From: the human T2T-CHM13v2.0 reference genome, Homo sapiens
DNA: 64,000 nt
Assembly: GCF_009914755.1 (NCBI RefSeq)
Contig: NC_060931.1
Direction: 5' to 3' (one strand)
The translations under genes were made by a program, and so were the position numbers. Numbering within the stretch: position 1 is the first letter of the stretch; each line of letters begins with the position of its first letter. Under the pieces are notes generated by a model that was not told where the DNA came from, ran no database searches, and worked only from the letters and a program-made list of their open reading frames with translations. Positions 1 through 13,200 of this stretch are shown here, piece after piece.

Positions 1-206
1 GAGTTTGCAAGTGGAGATTTCAAGCGATTTGATGCCAACAGTAGAAAAGGAAATATCTTCAAATAAAAACTAGACAGAATCATTCTCAGAAACTACTTTG
101 TGATGTGTGCCTTCAACTCACAGAGTTTAACCTTTCTTTTCTTAGAGCAGTTTAGAAACACTCTGCTTGTTATGTCTGCAAGGGGATATTTGGACCTCTT
201 TGAGGC

Positions 207-223
207 CTTCGTTGCAAACGTGG
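207..223 (+). promoter_or_regulatory. Core-mutated CENP-B box CTTCGTTGCAAACGTGG (monomer 1); also at 2251, 4295, 6339, 8383, 11447, 15535, 22689, 24733, 43393, 47481
   Basis: CGGG is changed to CGTG at box position 15, visible as ANVV instead of ANGV in the + strand ORF translations. Confidence 0.88.
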
Positions 224-548
224 TTTCTTCCTTTCATGCTAGACTAAGAAGAGTTCTCAGTAACTTTTTTGTGTTGTGTGTATTCAACTCACAGAGTTGA
301 ACCTTGCTTTAGAGAGAGCAGATTTGAAACACTCTTGCTGTGGCATTTTCAGGTGGAGATTTCAAGCGATTTGAGGACAATTGCAGAAAAGGAAATATCT
401 TCGTATAATAACCAGACAGAATCATTCTCAGAAAGTGCTTTGTGATGTGTGCGTTCAACTCACAGAGTTTAACCTTTCTTTTCATAGAGGAGTTTGGAAA
501 CACACTGTTTGTAAAGTCTGCAAGTGGATATATGGACCTGTTTGAGGC

Positions 549-565
549 CTTCGTTGGAAACGGGA
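549..565 (+). promoter_or_regulatory. CENP-B box (canonical CTTCGTTGGAAACGGGA), monomer 3; repeated in every HOR
   Basis: Exact match to the 17-bp CENP-B box consensus (core NTTCGNNNNANNCGGGN). Confidence 0.97.
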
Positions 566-888
566 TTTCTTCATTGAATGCTAGACGGAAGAATTCTCAG
601 TAAATTCTTTGTGTTGTGTGCATTCAACTCACAGAGTGGAACGTCCCTTTAGACAGAGCAGATTTGAAACCCTCTTTTTGCGGAATTTGCAAGTGGAGAT
701 TTCTAGCCATTTGATGCCAACAGTAGAAAGGGAAATATCTTCAAATAAAAACCAGACAGAATCATTCTCAGAAAATTCTTTGTGATGTGTGCGTTCAACT
801 CACATAGTTTAACCTTTCTTTTCATAGAGCAGTTTGGAAACATTCTGTTTGTAAAGTCTGCAAGTGGATATATGGACCGCATTGAGGC

Positions 889-905
889 CTTCGTTGGAAA
901 CGGGA
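889..905 (+). promoter_or_regulatory. CENP-B box (canonical), monomer 5; repeated in every HOR
   Basis: Exact match CTTCGTTGGAAACGGGA, 340 bp after the previous box. Confidence 0.97.
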
Positions 906-1228
906 TTTCTTCATTTCATGCTAGACAGAAGAATTCTCAGTAACTTCTTTGTGCTGTGTGTATTCAACTCACAGAGTGGAACGTCCCTTTGCACAGAGCA
1001 GATTTGAAACACTCTTTTTGTGGAGTTTGCAAGTGGAGATTTCAAGCGATTTGATGCCAACAGTAGAAAAGGAAATATCTTCAAATAAAAACTAGACAGA
1101 ATCATTCTCAGAAACTACTTTGTGATGTGTGCCTTCAACTCACAGAGTTTAACCTTTCTTTTCTTAGAGCAGTTTAGAAACACTCTGCTTGTTACGTCTG
1201 CAAGTGGATATTTGGACCTCTTTGAGGC

Positions 1229-1245
1229 CTTCGTTGCAAACGGGG
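1229..1245 (+). promoter_or_regulatory. CENP-B box variant CTTCGTTGCAAACGGGG, monomer 1 (core intact); majority form in monomer 1
   Basis: All nine core positions (TTCG, A, CGGG) are preserved; it differs only at non-core positions. Confidence 0.9.
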
Positions 1246-4200
1246 TTTCTTCCTTTCATGCTAGACTAAGAAGAGTTCTCAGTAACTTTTTTGTGTTGTG
1301 TGTATTCAACTCACAGAGTTGAACCTTGCTTTAGAGAGAGCAGATTTGAAACACTCTTGCTGTGGCATTTTCAGGTGGAGATTTCAAGCGATTTGAGGAC
1401 AATTGCAGAAAAGGAAATATCTTCGTATAATAACCAGACAGAATCATTCTCAGAAAGTGCTTTGTGATGTGTGCGTTCAACTCACAGAGTTTAACCTTTC
1501 TTTTCATAGAGGAGTTTGGAAACACACTGTTTGTAAAGTCTGCAAGTGGATATATGGACCTGTTTGAGGCCTTCGTTGGAAACGGGATTTCTTCATTGAA
1601 TGCTAGACGGAAGAATTCTCAGTAAATTCTTTGTGTTGTGTGCATTCAACTCACAGAGTGGAACGTCCCTTTAGACAGAGCAGATTTGAAACACTGTTTT
1701 TGCGGAATTTGCAAGTGGAGATTTCTAGCCATTTGATGCCAACAGTAGAAAGGGAAATATCTTCAAATAAAAACCAGACAGAATCATTCTCAGAAAATTC
1801 TTTGTGATGTGTGCGTTCAACTCACATAGTTTAACCTTTCTTTTCATAGAGCAGTTTGGAAACACTCTGTTTGTAAAGTCTGCAAGTGGATATATGGACC
1901 GCATTGAGGCCTTCGTTGGAAACGGGATTTCTTCATTTCATGCTAGACAGAAGAATTCTCAGTAACTTCTTTGTGCTGTGTGTATTCAACTCACAGAGTG
2001 GAACGTCCCTTTGCACAGAGCAGATTTGAAACACTCTTTTTGTGGAGTTTGCAAGTGGAGATTTCAAGCGATTTGATGCCAACAGTAGAAAAGGAAATAT
2101 CTTCAAATAAAAACTAGACAGAATCATTCTCAGAAACTACTTTGTGATGTGTGCCTTCAACTCACAGAGTTTAACCTTTCTTTTCTTAGAGCAGTTTAGA
2201 AACACCCTGCTTGTTATGTCTGCAAGGGGATATTTGGACCTCTTTGAGGCCTTCGTTGCAAACGTGGTTTCTTCCTTTCATGCTAGACTAAGAAGAGTTC
2301 TCAGTAACTTTTTTGTGTTGTGTGTATTCAACTCACAGAGTTGAACCTTGCTTTAGAGAGAGCAGATTTGAAACACTCTTGCTGTGGCATTTTCAGGTGG
2401 AGATTTCAAGCGATTTGAGGACAATTGCAGAAAAGGAAATATCTTCGTATAATAACCAGACAGAATCATTCTCAGAAAGTGCTTTGTGATGTGTGCGTTC
2501 AACTCACAGAGTTTAACCTTTCTTTTCATAGAGGAGTTTGGAAACACACTGTTTGTAAAGTCTGCAAGTGGATATATGGACCTGTTTGAGGCCTTCGTTG
2601 GAAACGGGATTTCTTCATTGAATGCTAGACGGAAGAATTCTCAGTAAATTCTTTGTGTTGTGTGCATTCAACTCACAGAGTGGAACGTCCCTTTAGACAG
2701 AGCAGATTTGAAACACTCTTTTTGCGGAATTTGCAAGTGGAGATTTCTAGCCATTTGATGCCAACAGTAGAAAGGGAAATATCTTCAAATAAAAAACAGA
2801 CAGAATCATTCTCAGAAAATTCTTTGTGATGTGTGCGTTCAACTCACATAGTTTAACCTTTCTTTTCATAGAGCAGTTTGGAAACACTCTGTTTGTAAAG
2901 TCTTCAAGTGGATATATGGACCGCATTGAGGCCTTCGTTGGAAACGGGATTTCTTCATTTCATGCTAGACAGAAGAATTCTCAGTAACTTCTTTGTGCTG
3001 TGTGTATTCAACTCACAGAGTGGAACGTCCCTTTGCACAGAGCAGATTTGAAACACTCTTTTTGTGGAGTTTGCAAGTGGAGATTTCAAGCGATTTGATG
3101 CCAACAGTAGAAAAGGAAATATCTTCAAATAAAAACTAGACAGAATCATTCTCAGAAACTACTTTGTGATGTGTGCCTTCAACTCACAGAGTTTAACCTT
3201 TCTTTTCTTAGAGCAGTTTAGAAACACTCTGCTTGTTATGTCTGCAAGTGGATATTTGGACCTCTTTGAGGCCTTCGTTGCAAACGGGGTTTCTTCCTTT
3301 CATGCTAGACTAAGAAGAGTTCTCAGTAACTTTTTTGTGTTGTGTGTATTCAACTCACAGAGTTGAACCCTGCTTTAGAGAGAGCAGATTTGAAACACTC
3401 TTGCTGTGGCATTTTCAGGTGGAGATTTCAAGCGATTTGAGGACAATTGCAGAAAAGGAAATATCTTCGTATAATAACCAGACAGAATCATTCTCAGAAA
3501 GTGCTTTGTGATGTGTGCGTTCAACTCACAGAGTTTAACCTTTCTTTTCATAGAGGAGTTTGGAAACACACTGTTTGTAAAGTCTGCAAGTGGATATATG
3601 GACCTGTTTGAGGCCTTCGTTGGAAACGGGATTTCTTCATTGAATGCTAGACGGAAGAATTCTCAGTAAATTCTTTGTGTTGTGTGCATTCAACTCACAG
3701 AGTGGAACGTCCCTTTAGACAGAGCAGATTTGAAACACTGTTTTTGCGGAATTTGCAAGTGGAGATTTCTAGCCATTTGATGCCAACAGTAGAAAGGGAA
3801 ATATCTTCAAATAAAAACCAGACAGAATCATTCTCAGAAAATTCTTTGTGATGTGTGCGTTCAACTCACATAGTTTAACCTTTCTTTTCATAGAGCAGTT
3901 TGGAAACACTCTGTTTGTAAAGTCTGCAAGTGGATATATGGACCGCATTGAGGCCTTCGTTGGAAACGGGATTTCTTCATTTCATGCTAGACAGAAGAAT
4001 TCTCAGTAACTTCTTTGTGCTGTGTGCATTCAACTCACAGAGTGGAACGTCCCTTTGCACAGAGCAGATTTGAAACACTCTTTTTGTGGAGTTTGCAAGT
4101 GGAGATTTCAAGCGATTTGATGCCAACAGTAGAAAAGGAAATATCTTCAAATAAAAACTAGACAGAATCATTCTCAGAAACTACTTTGTGATGTGTGCCT

Positions 4201-7200
4201 TCAACTCACAGAGTTTAACCTTTCTTTTCTTAGAGCAGTTTAGAAACACTCTGCTTGTTATGTGTGCAAGGGGATATTTGGACCTCTTTGAGGCCTTCGT
4301 TGCAAACGTGGTTTCTTCCTTTCATGCTAGACTAAGAAGAGTTCTCAGTAACTTTTTTGTGTTGTGTGTATTCAACTCACAGAGTTGAACCTTGCATTAG
4401 AGAGAGCAGATTTGAAACACTCTTGCTGTGGCATTTTCAGGTGGAGATTTCAAGCGATTTGAGGACAATTGCAGAAAAGGAAATATCTTCGTATAATAAC
4501 CAGACAGAATCATTCTCAGAAAGTGCTTTGTGATGTGTGCGTTCAACTCACAGAGTTTAACCTTTCTTTTCATAGAGGAGTTTGGAAACACACTGTTTGT
4601 AAACTCTGCAAGTGGATATATGGACCTGTTTGAGGCCTTCGTTGGAAACGGGATTTCTTCATTGAATGCTAGACGGAAGAATTCTCAGTAAATTCTTTGT
4701 GTTGTGTGCATTCAACTCACAGAGTGGAACGTCCCTTTAGACAGAGCAGATTTGAAACACTCTTTTTGCGGAATTTGCAAGTGGAGATTTCTAGCCATTT
4801 GATGCCAACAGTAGAAAGGGAAATATCTTCAAATAAAAAACAGACAGAATCATTCTCAGAAAATTCTTTGTGATGTGTGCGTTCAACTCACATAGTTTAA
4901 CCTTTCTTTTCATAGAGCAGTTTGGAAACACTCTGTTTGTAAAGTCTGCAAGTGGATATATGGACCGCATTGAGGCCTTCGTTGGAAACGGGATTTCTTC
5001 ATTTCATGCTAGACAGAAGAATTCTCAGTAACTTCTTTGTGCTGTGTGTATTCAACTCACAGAGTGGAACGTCCCTTTGCACAGAGCAGATTTGAAACAC
5101 TCTTTTTGTGGAGTTTGCAAGTGGAGATTTCAAGCGATTTGATGCCAACAGTAGAAAAGGAAATATCTTCAAATAAAAACTAGACAGAATCATTCTCAGA
5201 AACTACTTTGTGATGTGTGCCTTCAACTCACAGAGTTTAACCTTTCTTTTCTTAGAGCAGTTTAGAAACACTCTGCTTGTTATGTCTGCAAGTGGATATT
5301 TGGACCTCTTTGAGGCCTTCGTTGCAAACGGGGTTTCTTCCTTTCATGCTAGACTAAGAAGAGTTCTCAGTAACTTTTTTGTGTTGTGTGTATTCAACTC
5401 ACAGAGTTGAACCCTGCTTTAGAGAGAGCAGATTTGAAACACTCTTGCTGTGGCATTTTCAGGTGGAGATTTCAAGCGATTTGAGGACAATTGCAGAAAA
5501 GGAAATATCTTCGTATAATAACCAGACAGAATCATTCTCAGAAAGTGCTTTGTGATGTGTGCGTTCAACTCACAGAGTTTAACCTTTCTTTTCATAGAGG
5601 AGTTTGGAAACACACTGTTTGTAAAGTCTGCAAGTGGATATATGGACCTGTTTGAGGCCTTCGTTGGAAACGGGATTTCTTCATTGAATGCTAGACGGAA
5701 GAATTCTCAGTAAATTCTTTGTGTTGTGTGCATTCAACTCACAGAGTGGAACGTCCCTTTAGACAGAGCAGATTTGAAACACTGTTTTTGCGGAAGTTGC
5801 AAGTGGAGATTTCTAGCCATTTGATGCCAACAGTAGAAAGGGAAATATCTTCAAATAAAAACCAGACAGAATCATTCTCAGAAAATTCTTTGTGATGTGG
5901 GCGTTCAACTCACATAGTTTAACCTTTCTTTTCATAGAGCAGTTTGGAAACACTCTGTTTGTAAAGTCTGCAAGTGGATATATGGACCGCATTGAGGCCT
6001 TCGTTGGAAACGGGATTTCTTCATTTCATGCTAGACAGAAGAATTCTCAGTAACTTCTTTGTGCAGTGTGTATTCAACTCACAGAGTGGAACGTCCCTTT
6101 GCACAGAGCAGATTTGAAACACTCTTTTTGTGGAGTTTGCAAGTGGAGATTTCAAGCGATTTGATGCCAACAGTAGAAAAGGAAATATCTTCAAATAAAA
6201 ACTAGACAGAATCATTCTCAGAAACTACTTTGTGATGTGTGCCTTCAACTCACAGAGTTTAACCTTTCTTTTCTTAGAGCAGTTTAGAAACACTGTGCTT
6301 GTTATGTCTGCAAGGGGATATTTGGACCTCTTTGAGGCCTTCGTTGCAAACGTGGTTTCTTCCTTTCATGCTAGACTAAGAAGAGTTCTCAGTAACTTTT
6401 TTTTGTTGTGTGTATTCAACTCACAGAGTTGAACCTTGCTTTAGAGAGAGCAGATTTGAAACACTCTTGCTGTGGCATTTTCAGGTGGAGATTTCAAGCG
6501 ATTTGAGGACAATTGCAGAAAAGGAAATATCTTCGTATAATAACCAGACAGAATCATTCTCAGAAAGTGCTTTGTGATGTGTGCGTTCAACTCACAGAGT
6601 TTAACCTTTCTTTTCATAGAGGAGTTTGGAAACACACTGTTTGTAAAGTCTGCAAGTGGATATATGGACCTGTTTGAGGCCTTCGTTGGAAACGGGATTT
6701 CTTCATTGAATGCTAGACGGAAGAATTCTCAGTAAATTCTTTGTGTTGTGTGCATTCAACTCACAGAGTGGAACGTCCCTTTAGACAGAGCAGATTTGAA
6801 ACACTCTTTTTGCGGAATTTGCAAGTGGAGATTTCTAGCCATTTGATGCCAACAGTAGAAAGGGAAATATCTTCAAATAAAAACCAGACAGAATCATTCT
6901 CAGAAAATTCTTTGTGATGTGTGCGTTCAACTCACATAGTTTAACCTTTCTTTTCATAGAGCAGTTTGGAAACACTCTGTTTGTAAAGTCTGCAAGTGGA
7001 TATATGGACCGCATTGAGGCCTTCGTTGGAAACGGGATTTCTTCATTTCATGCTAGACAGAAGAATTCTCAGTAACTTCTTTGTGCTGTGTGTATTCAAC
7101 TCACAGAGTGGAACGTCCCTTTGCACAGAGCAGATTTGAAACACTCTTTTTGTGGAGTTTGCAAGTGGAGATTTCAAGCGATTTGATGCCAACAGTAGAA

Positions 7201-10200
7201 AAGGAAATATCTTCAAATAAAAACTAGACAGAATCATTCTCAGAAACTACTTTGTGATGTGTGCCTTCAACTCACAGAGTTTAACCTTTCTTTTCTTAGA
7301 GCAGTTTAGAAACACTCTGCTTGTTATGTCTGCAAGTGGATATTTGGACCTCTTTGAGGCCTTCGTTGCAAACGGGGTTTCTTCCTTTCATGCTAGACTA
7401 AGAAGAGTTCTCAGTAACTTTTTTGTGTTGTGTGTATTCAACTCACAGAGTTGAACCCTGCTTTAGAGAGAGCAGATTTGAAACACTCTTGCTGTGGCAT
7501 TTTCAGGTGGAGATTTCAAGCGATTTGAGGACAATTGCAGAAAAGGAAATATCTTCGTATAATAACCAGACAGAATCATTCTCAGAAAGTGCTTTGTGAT
7601 GTGTGCGTTCAACTCACAGAGTTTAACCTTTCTTTTCATAGAGGAGTTTGGAAACACACTGTTTGTAAAGTCTGCAAGTGGATATATGGACCTGTTTGAG
7701 GCCTTCGTTGGAAACGGGATTTCTTCATTGAATGCTAGACGGAAGAATTCTCAGTAAATTCTTTGTGTTGTGTGCATTCAACTCACAGAGTGGAACGTCC
7801 CTTTAGACAGAGCAGATTTGAAACACTCTTTTTGCGGAATTTGCAAGTGGAGATTTCTAGCCATTTGATGCCAACAGTAGAAAGGGAAATATCTTCAAAT
7901 AAAAACCAGACAGAATCATTCTCAGAAAATTCTTTGTGATGTGTGCGTTCAACTCACATAGTTTAACCTTTCTTTTCATAGAGCAGTTTGGAAACACTCT
8001 GTTTGTAAAGTCTGCAAGTGGATATATGGACCGCGTTGAGGCCTTCGTTGGAAACGGGATTTCTTCATTTCATGCTAGACAGAAGAATTCTCAGTAACTT
8101 CTTTGTGCTGTGTGTATTCAACTCACAGAGTGGAACGTCCCTTTACACAGAGCAGATTTGAAACACTCTTTTTGTGGAGTTTGCAAGTGGAGATTTCAAG
8201 CGATTTGATGCCAACAGTAGAAAAGGAAATATCTTCAAATAAAAACTAGACAGAATCATTCTCAGAAACTACTTTGTGATGTGTGCCTTCAACTCACAGA
8301 GTTTAACCTTTCTTTTCTTAGAGCAGTTTAGAAACACTCTGCTTGTTATGTCTGCAAGGGGATATTTGGACCTCTTTGAGGCCTTCGTTGCAAACGTGGT
8401 TTCTTCCTTTCATGCTAGACTAAGAAGAGTTCTCAGTAACTTTTTTGTGTTGTGTGTATTCAACTCACAGAGTTGAACCTTGCTTTAGAGAGAGCAGATT
8501 TGAAACACTCTTGCTGTGGCATTTTCAGGTGGAGATTTCAAGCGATTTGAGGACAATTGCAGAAAAGGAAATATCTTCGTATAATAACCAGACAGAATCA
8601 TTCTCAGAAAGTGCTTTGTGATGTGTGCGTTCAACTCACAGAGTTTAACCTTTCTTTTCATAGAGGAGTTTGGAAACACACTGTTTGTAAAGTCTGCAAG
8701 TGGATATATGGACCTGTTTGAGGCCTTCGTTGGAAACGGGATTTCTTCATTGAATGCTAGACGGAAGAATTCTCAGTAAATTCTTTGTGTTGTGTGCATT
8801 CAACTCACAGAGTGGAACGTCCCTTTAGACAGAGCAGATTTGAAACACTCTTTTTGCGGAATTTGCAAGTGGAGATTTCTAGCCATTTGATGCCAACAGT
8901 AGAAAGGGAAATATCTTCAAATAAAAACCAGACAGAATCATTCTCAGAAAATTCTTTGTGATGTGTGCGTTCAACTCACATAGTTTAACCTTTCTTTTCA
9001 TAGAGCAGTTTGGAAACATTCTGTTTGTAAAGTCTGCAAGTGGATATATGGACCGCATTGAGGCCTTCGTTGGAAACGGGATTTCTTCATTTCATGCTAG
9101 ACAGAAGAATTCTCAGTAACTTCTTTGTGCTGTGTGTATTCAACTCACAGAGTGGAACGTCCCTTTGCACAGAGCAGATTTGAAACACTCTTTTTGTGGA
9201 GTTTGCAAGTGGAGATTTCAAGCGATTTGATGCCAACAGTAGAAAAGGAAATATCTTCAAATAAAAACTAGACAGAATCATTCTCAGAAACTACTTTGTG
9301 ATGTGTGCCTTCAACTCACAGAGTTTAACCTTTCTTTTCTTAGAGCAGTTTAGAAACACTCTGCTTGTTACGTCTGCAAGTGGATATTTGGACCTCTTTG
9401 AGGCCTTCGTTGCAAACGGGGTTTCTTCCTTTCATGCTAGACTAAGAAGAGTTCTCAGTAACTTTTTTGTGTTGTGTGTATTCAACTCACAGAGTTGAAC
9501 CTTGCTTTAGAGAGAGCAGATTTGAAACACTCTTGCTGTGGCATTTTCAGGTGGAGATTTCAAGCGATTTGAGGACAATTGCAGAAAAGGAAATATCTTC
9601 GTATAATAACCAGACAGAATCATTCTCAGAAAGTGCTTTGTGATGTGTGCGTTCAACTCACAGAGTTTAACCTTTCTTTTCATAGAGGAGTTTGGAAACA
9701 CACTGTTTGTAAAGTCTGCAAGTGGATATATGGACCTGTTTGAGGCCTTCGTTGGAAACGGGATTTCTTCATTGAATGCTAGACGGAAGAATTCTCAGTA
9801 AATTCTTTGTGTTGTGTGCATTCAATTCACAGAGTGGAACGTCCCTTTAGACAGAGCAGATTTGAAACACTCTTTTTGCGGAATTTGCAAGTGGAGATTT
9901 CTAGCCATTTGATGCCAACAGTAGAAAGGGAAATATCTTCAAATAAAAACCAGACAGAATCATTCTCAGAAAATTCTTTGTGATGTGTGCGTTCAACTCA
10001 CATAGTTTAACATTTCTTTTCATAGAGCAGTTTGGAAACACTGTTTGTAAAGTCTGCAAGTGGATATATGGACCGCATTGAGGCCTTCGTTGGAAACGGG
10101 ATTTCTTCATTTCATGCTAGACAGAAGAATTCTCAGTAACTTCTTTGTGCTGTGTGTATTCAACTCACAGAGTGGAACGTCCCTTTGCACAGAGCAGATT

Positions 10201-13200
10201 TGAAACACTCTTTTTGTGGAGTTTGCAAGTGGAGATTTCAAGCGATTTGATGCCAACAGTAGAAAAGGAAATATCTTCAAATAAAAACTAGACAGAATCA
10301 TTCTCAGAAACTACTTTGTGATGTGTGCCTTCAACTCACAGAGTTTAACCTTTCTTTTCTTAGAGCAGTTTAGAAACACTCTGCTTGTTATGTCTGCAAG
10401 TGGATATTTGGACCTCTTTGAGGCCTTCGTTGCAAACGGGGTTTCTTCCTTTCATGCTAGACTAAGAAGAGTTCTCAGTAACTTTTTTGTGTTGTGTGTA
10501 TTCAACTCACAGAGTTGAACCTTGCTTTAGAGAGAGCAGATTTGAAACACTCTTGCTGTGGCATTTTCAGGTGGAGATTTCAAGCGATTTGAGGACAATT
10601 GCAGAAAAGGAAATATCTTCGTATAATAACCAGACAGAATCATTCTCAGAAAGTGCTTTGTGATGTGTGCGTTCAACTCACAGAGTTTAACCTTTCTTTT
10701 CATAGAGGAGTTTGGAAACACACTGTTTGTAAAGTCTGCAAGTGGATATATGGACCTGTTTGAGGCCTTCGTTGGAAACGGGATTTCTTCATTGAATGCT
10801 AGACGGAAGAATTCTCAGTAAATTCTTTGTGTTGTGTGCATTCAACTCACAGAGTGGAACGTCCCTTTAGACAGAGCAGATTTGAAACCCTCTTTTTGCG
10901 GAATTTGCAAGTGGAGATTTCTAGCCATTTGATGCCAACAGTAGAAAGGGAAATATCTTCAAATAAAAACCAGACAGAATCATTCTCAGAAAATTCTTTG
11001 TGATGTGTGCGTTCAACTCACATAGTTTAACCTTTCTTTTCATAGAGCAGTTTGGAAACACTCTGTTTGTAAAGTCTGCAAGTGGATATATGGACCGCAT
11101 TGAGGCCTTCGTTGGAAACGGGATTTCTTCATTTCATGCTAGACAGAAGAATTCTCAGTAACTTCTTTGTGCTGTGTGTATTCAACTCACAGAGTGGAAC
11201 GTCCCTTTGCACAGAGCAGATTTGAAACACTCTTTTTGTGGAGTTTGCAAGTGGAGATTTCAAGCGATTTGATGCCAACAGTAGAAAAGGAAATATCTTC
11301 AAATAAAAACTAGACAGAATCATTCTCAGAAACTACTTTGTGATGTGTGCCTTCAACTCACAGAGTTTAACCTTTCTTTTCTTAGAGCAGTTTAGAAACA
11401 CTCTGCTTGTTATGTCTGCAAGGGGATATTTGGACCTCTTTGAGGCCTTCGTTGCAAACGTGGTTTCTTCCTTTCATGCTAGACTAAGAAGAGTTCTCAG
11501 TAACTTTTTTGTGTTGTGTGTATTCAACTCACAGAGTTGAACCTTGCTTTAGAGAGAGCAGATTTGAAACACTCTTGCTGTGGCATTTTCAGGTGGATAT
11601 TTCAAGCGATTTGAGGACAATTGCAGAAAAGGAAATATCTTCGTATAATAACCAGACAGAATCATTCTCAGAAAGTGCTTTGTGATGTGTGCGTTCAACT
11701 CACAGAGTTTAACCTTTCTTTTCATAGAGGAGTTTGGAAACACACTGTTTGTAAAGTCTGCAAGTGGATATATGGACCTGTTTGAGGCCTTCGTTGGAAA
11801 CGGGATTTCTTCATTGAATGCTAGACGGAAGAATTCTCAGTAAATTCTTTGTGTTGTGTGCATTCAACTCACAGAGTGGAACGTCCCTTTAGACAGAGCA
11901 GATTTGAAACACTCTTTTTGCGGAATTTGCAAGTGGAGATTTCTAGCCATTTGATGCCAACAGTAGAAAGGGAAATATCTTCAAATAAAAAACAGACAGA
12001 ATCATTCTCAGAAAATTCTTTGTGATGTGTGCGTTCAACTCACATAGTTTAACCTTTCTTTTCATAGAGCAGTTTGGAAACACTCTGTTTGTAAAGTCTG
12101 CAAGTGGATATATGGACCGCATTGAGGCCTTCGTTGGAAACGGGATTTCTTCATTTCATGCTAGACAGAAGAATTCTCAGTAACTTCTTTGTGCTGTGTG
12201 TATTCAACTCACAGAGTGGAACGTCCCTTTGCACAGAGCAGATTTGAAACACTCTTTTTGTGGAGTTTGCAAGTGGAGATTTCAAGCGATTTGATGCCAA
12301 CAGTAGAAAAGGAAATATCTTCAAATAAAAACTAGACAGAATCATTCTCAGAAACTACTTTGTGATGTGTGCCTTCAACTCACAGAGTTTAACCTTTCTT
12401 TTCTTAGAGCAGTTTAGAAACACTCTGCTTGTTATGTCTGCAAGTGGATATTTGGACCTCTTTGAGGCCTTCGTTGCAAACGGGGTTTCTTCCTTTCATG
12501 CTAGACTAAGAAGAGTTCTCAGTAACTTTTTTGTGTTGTGTGTATTCAACTCACAGAGTTGAACCTTGCTTTAGAGAGAGCAGATTTGAAACACTCTTGC
12601 TGTGGCATTTTCAGGTGGATATTTCAAGCGATTTGAGGACAATTGCAGAAAAGGAAATATCTTCGTATAATAACCAGACAGAATCATTCTCAGAAAGTGC
12701 TTTGTGATGTGTGCGTTCAACTCACAGAGTTTAACCTTTCTTTTCATAGAGGAGTTTGGAAACACACTGTTTGTAAAGTCTGCAAGTGGATATATGGACC
12801 TGTTTGAGGCCTTCGTTGGAAACGGGATTTCTTCATTGAATGCTAGACGGAAGAATTCTCAGTAAATTCTTTGTGTTGTGTGCATTCAACTCACAGAGTG
12901 GAACGTCCCTTTAGACAGAGCAGATTTGAAACACTCTTTTTGCGGAATTTGCAAGTGGAGATTTCTAGCCATTTGATGCCAACAGTAGAAAGGGAAATAT
13001 CTTCAAATAAAAAACAGACAGAATCATTCTCAGAAAATTCTTTGTGATGTGTGCGTTCAACTCACATAGTTTAACCTTTCTTTTCATAGAGCAGTTTGGA
13101 AACACTCTGTTTGTAAAGTCTGCAAGTGGATATATGGACCGCATTGAGGCCTTCGTTGGAAACGGGATTTCTTCATTTCATGCTAGACAGAAGAATTCTC

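Larger units (their letters stand above)
81..1102 (+). repeat. First complete HOR unit; monomers start at 81, 252, 423, 592, 763, 932 (171, 171, 169, 171, 169, 171 bp)
   Basis: Monomer starts read from the (C/A)(A/G)TTCTCAG motif. The next unit starts at 1103. Monomers 1, 3 and 5 carry CENP-B boxes (B-type); monomers 2, 4 and 6 lack them (A-type, GAAAAGGAAATATCTTC-like segment instead). Confidence 0.95.

Noticed and set aside
399-415. CTTCGTATAATAACCAG in monomer 2, resembling half a CENP-B box and containing TATAAT
   Set aside because: It lacks the CGGG core, so it is not a functional CENP-B box. A bacterial -10 motif has no meaning in this context.
4021-4030. SNVs that mimic a paralogous monomer (C at 4027; also A at 48527), suggesting inter-monomer conversion
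   Set aside because: These are single-base changes with no co-converted neighbouring diagnostic sites, so they cannot be distinguished from point mutation.
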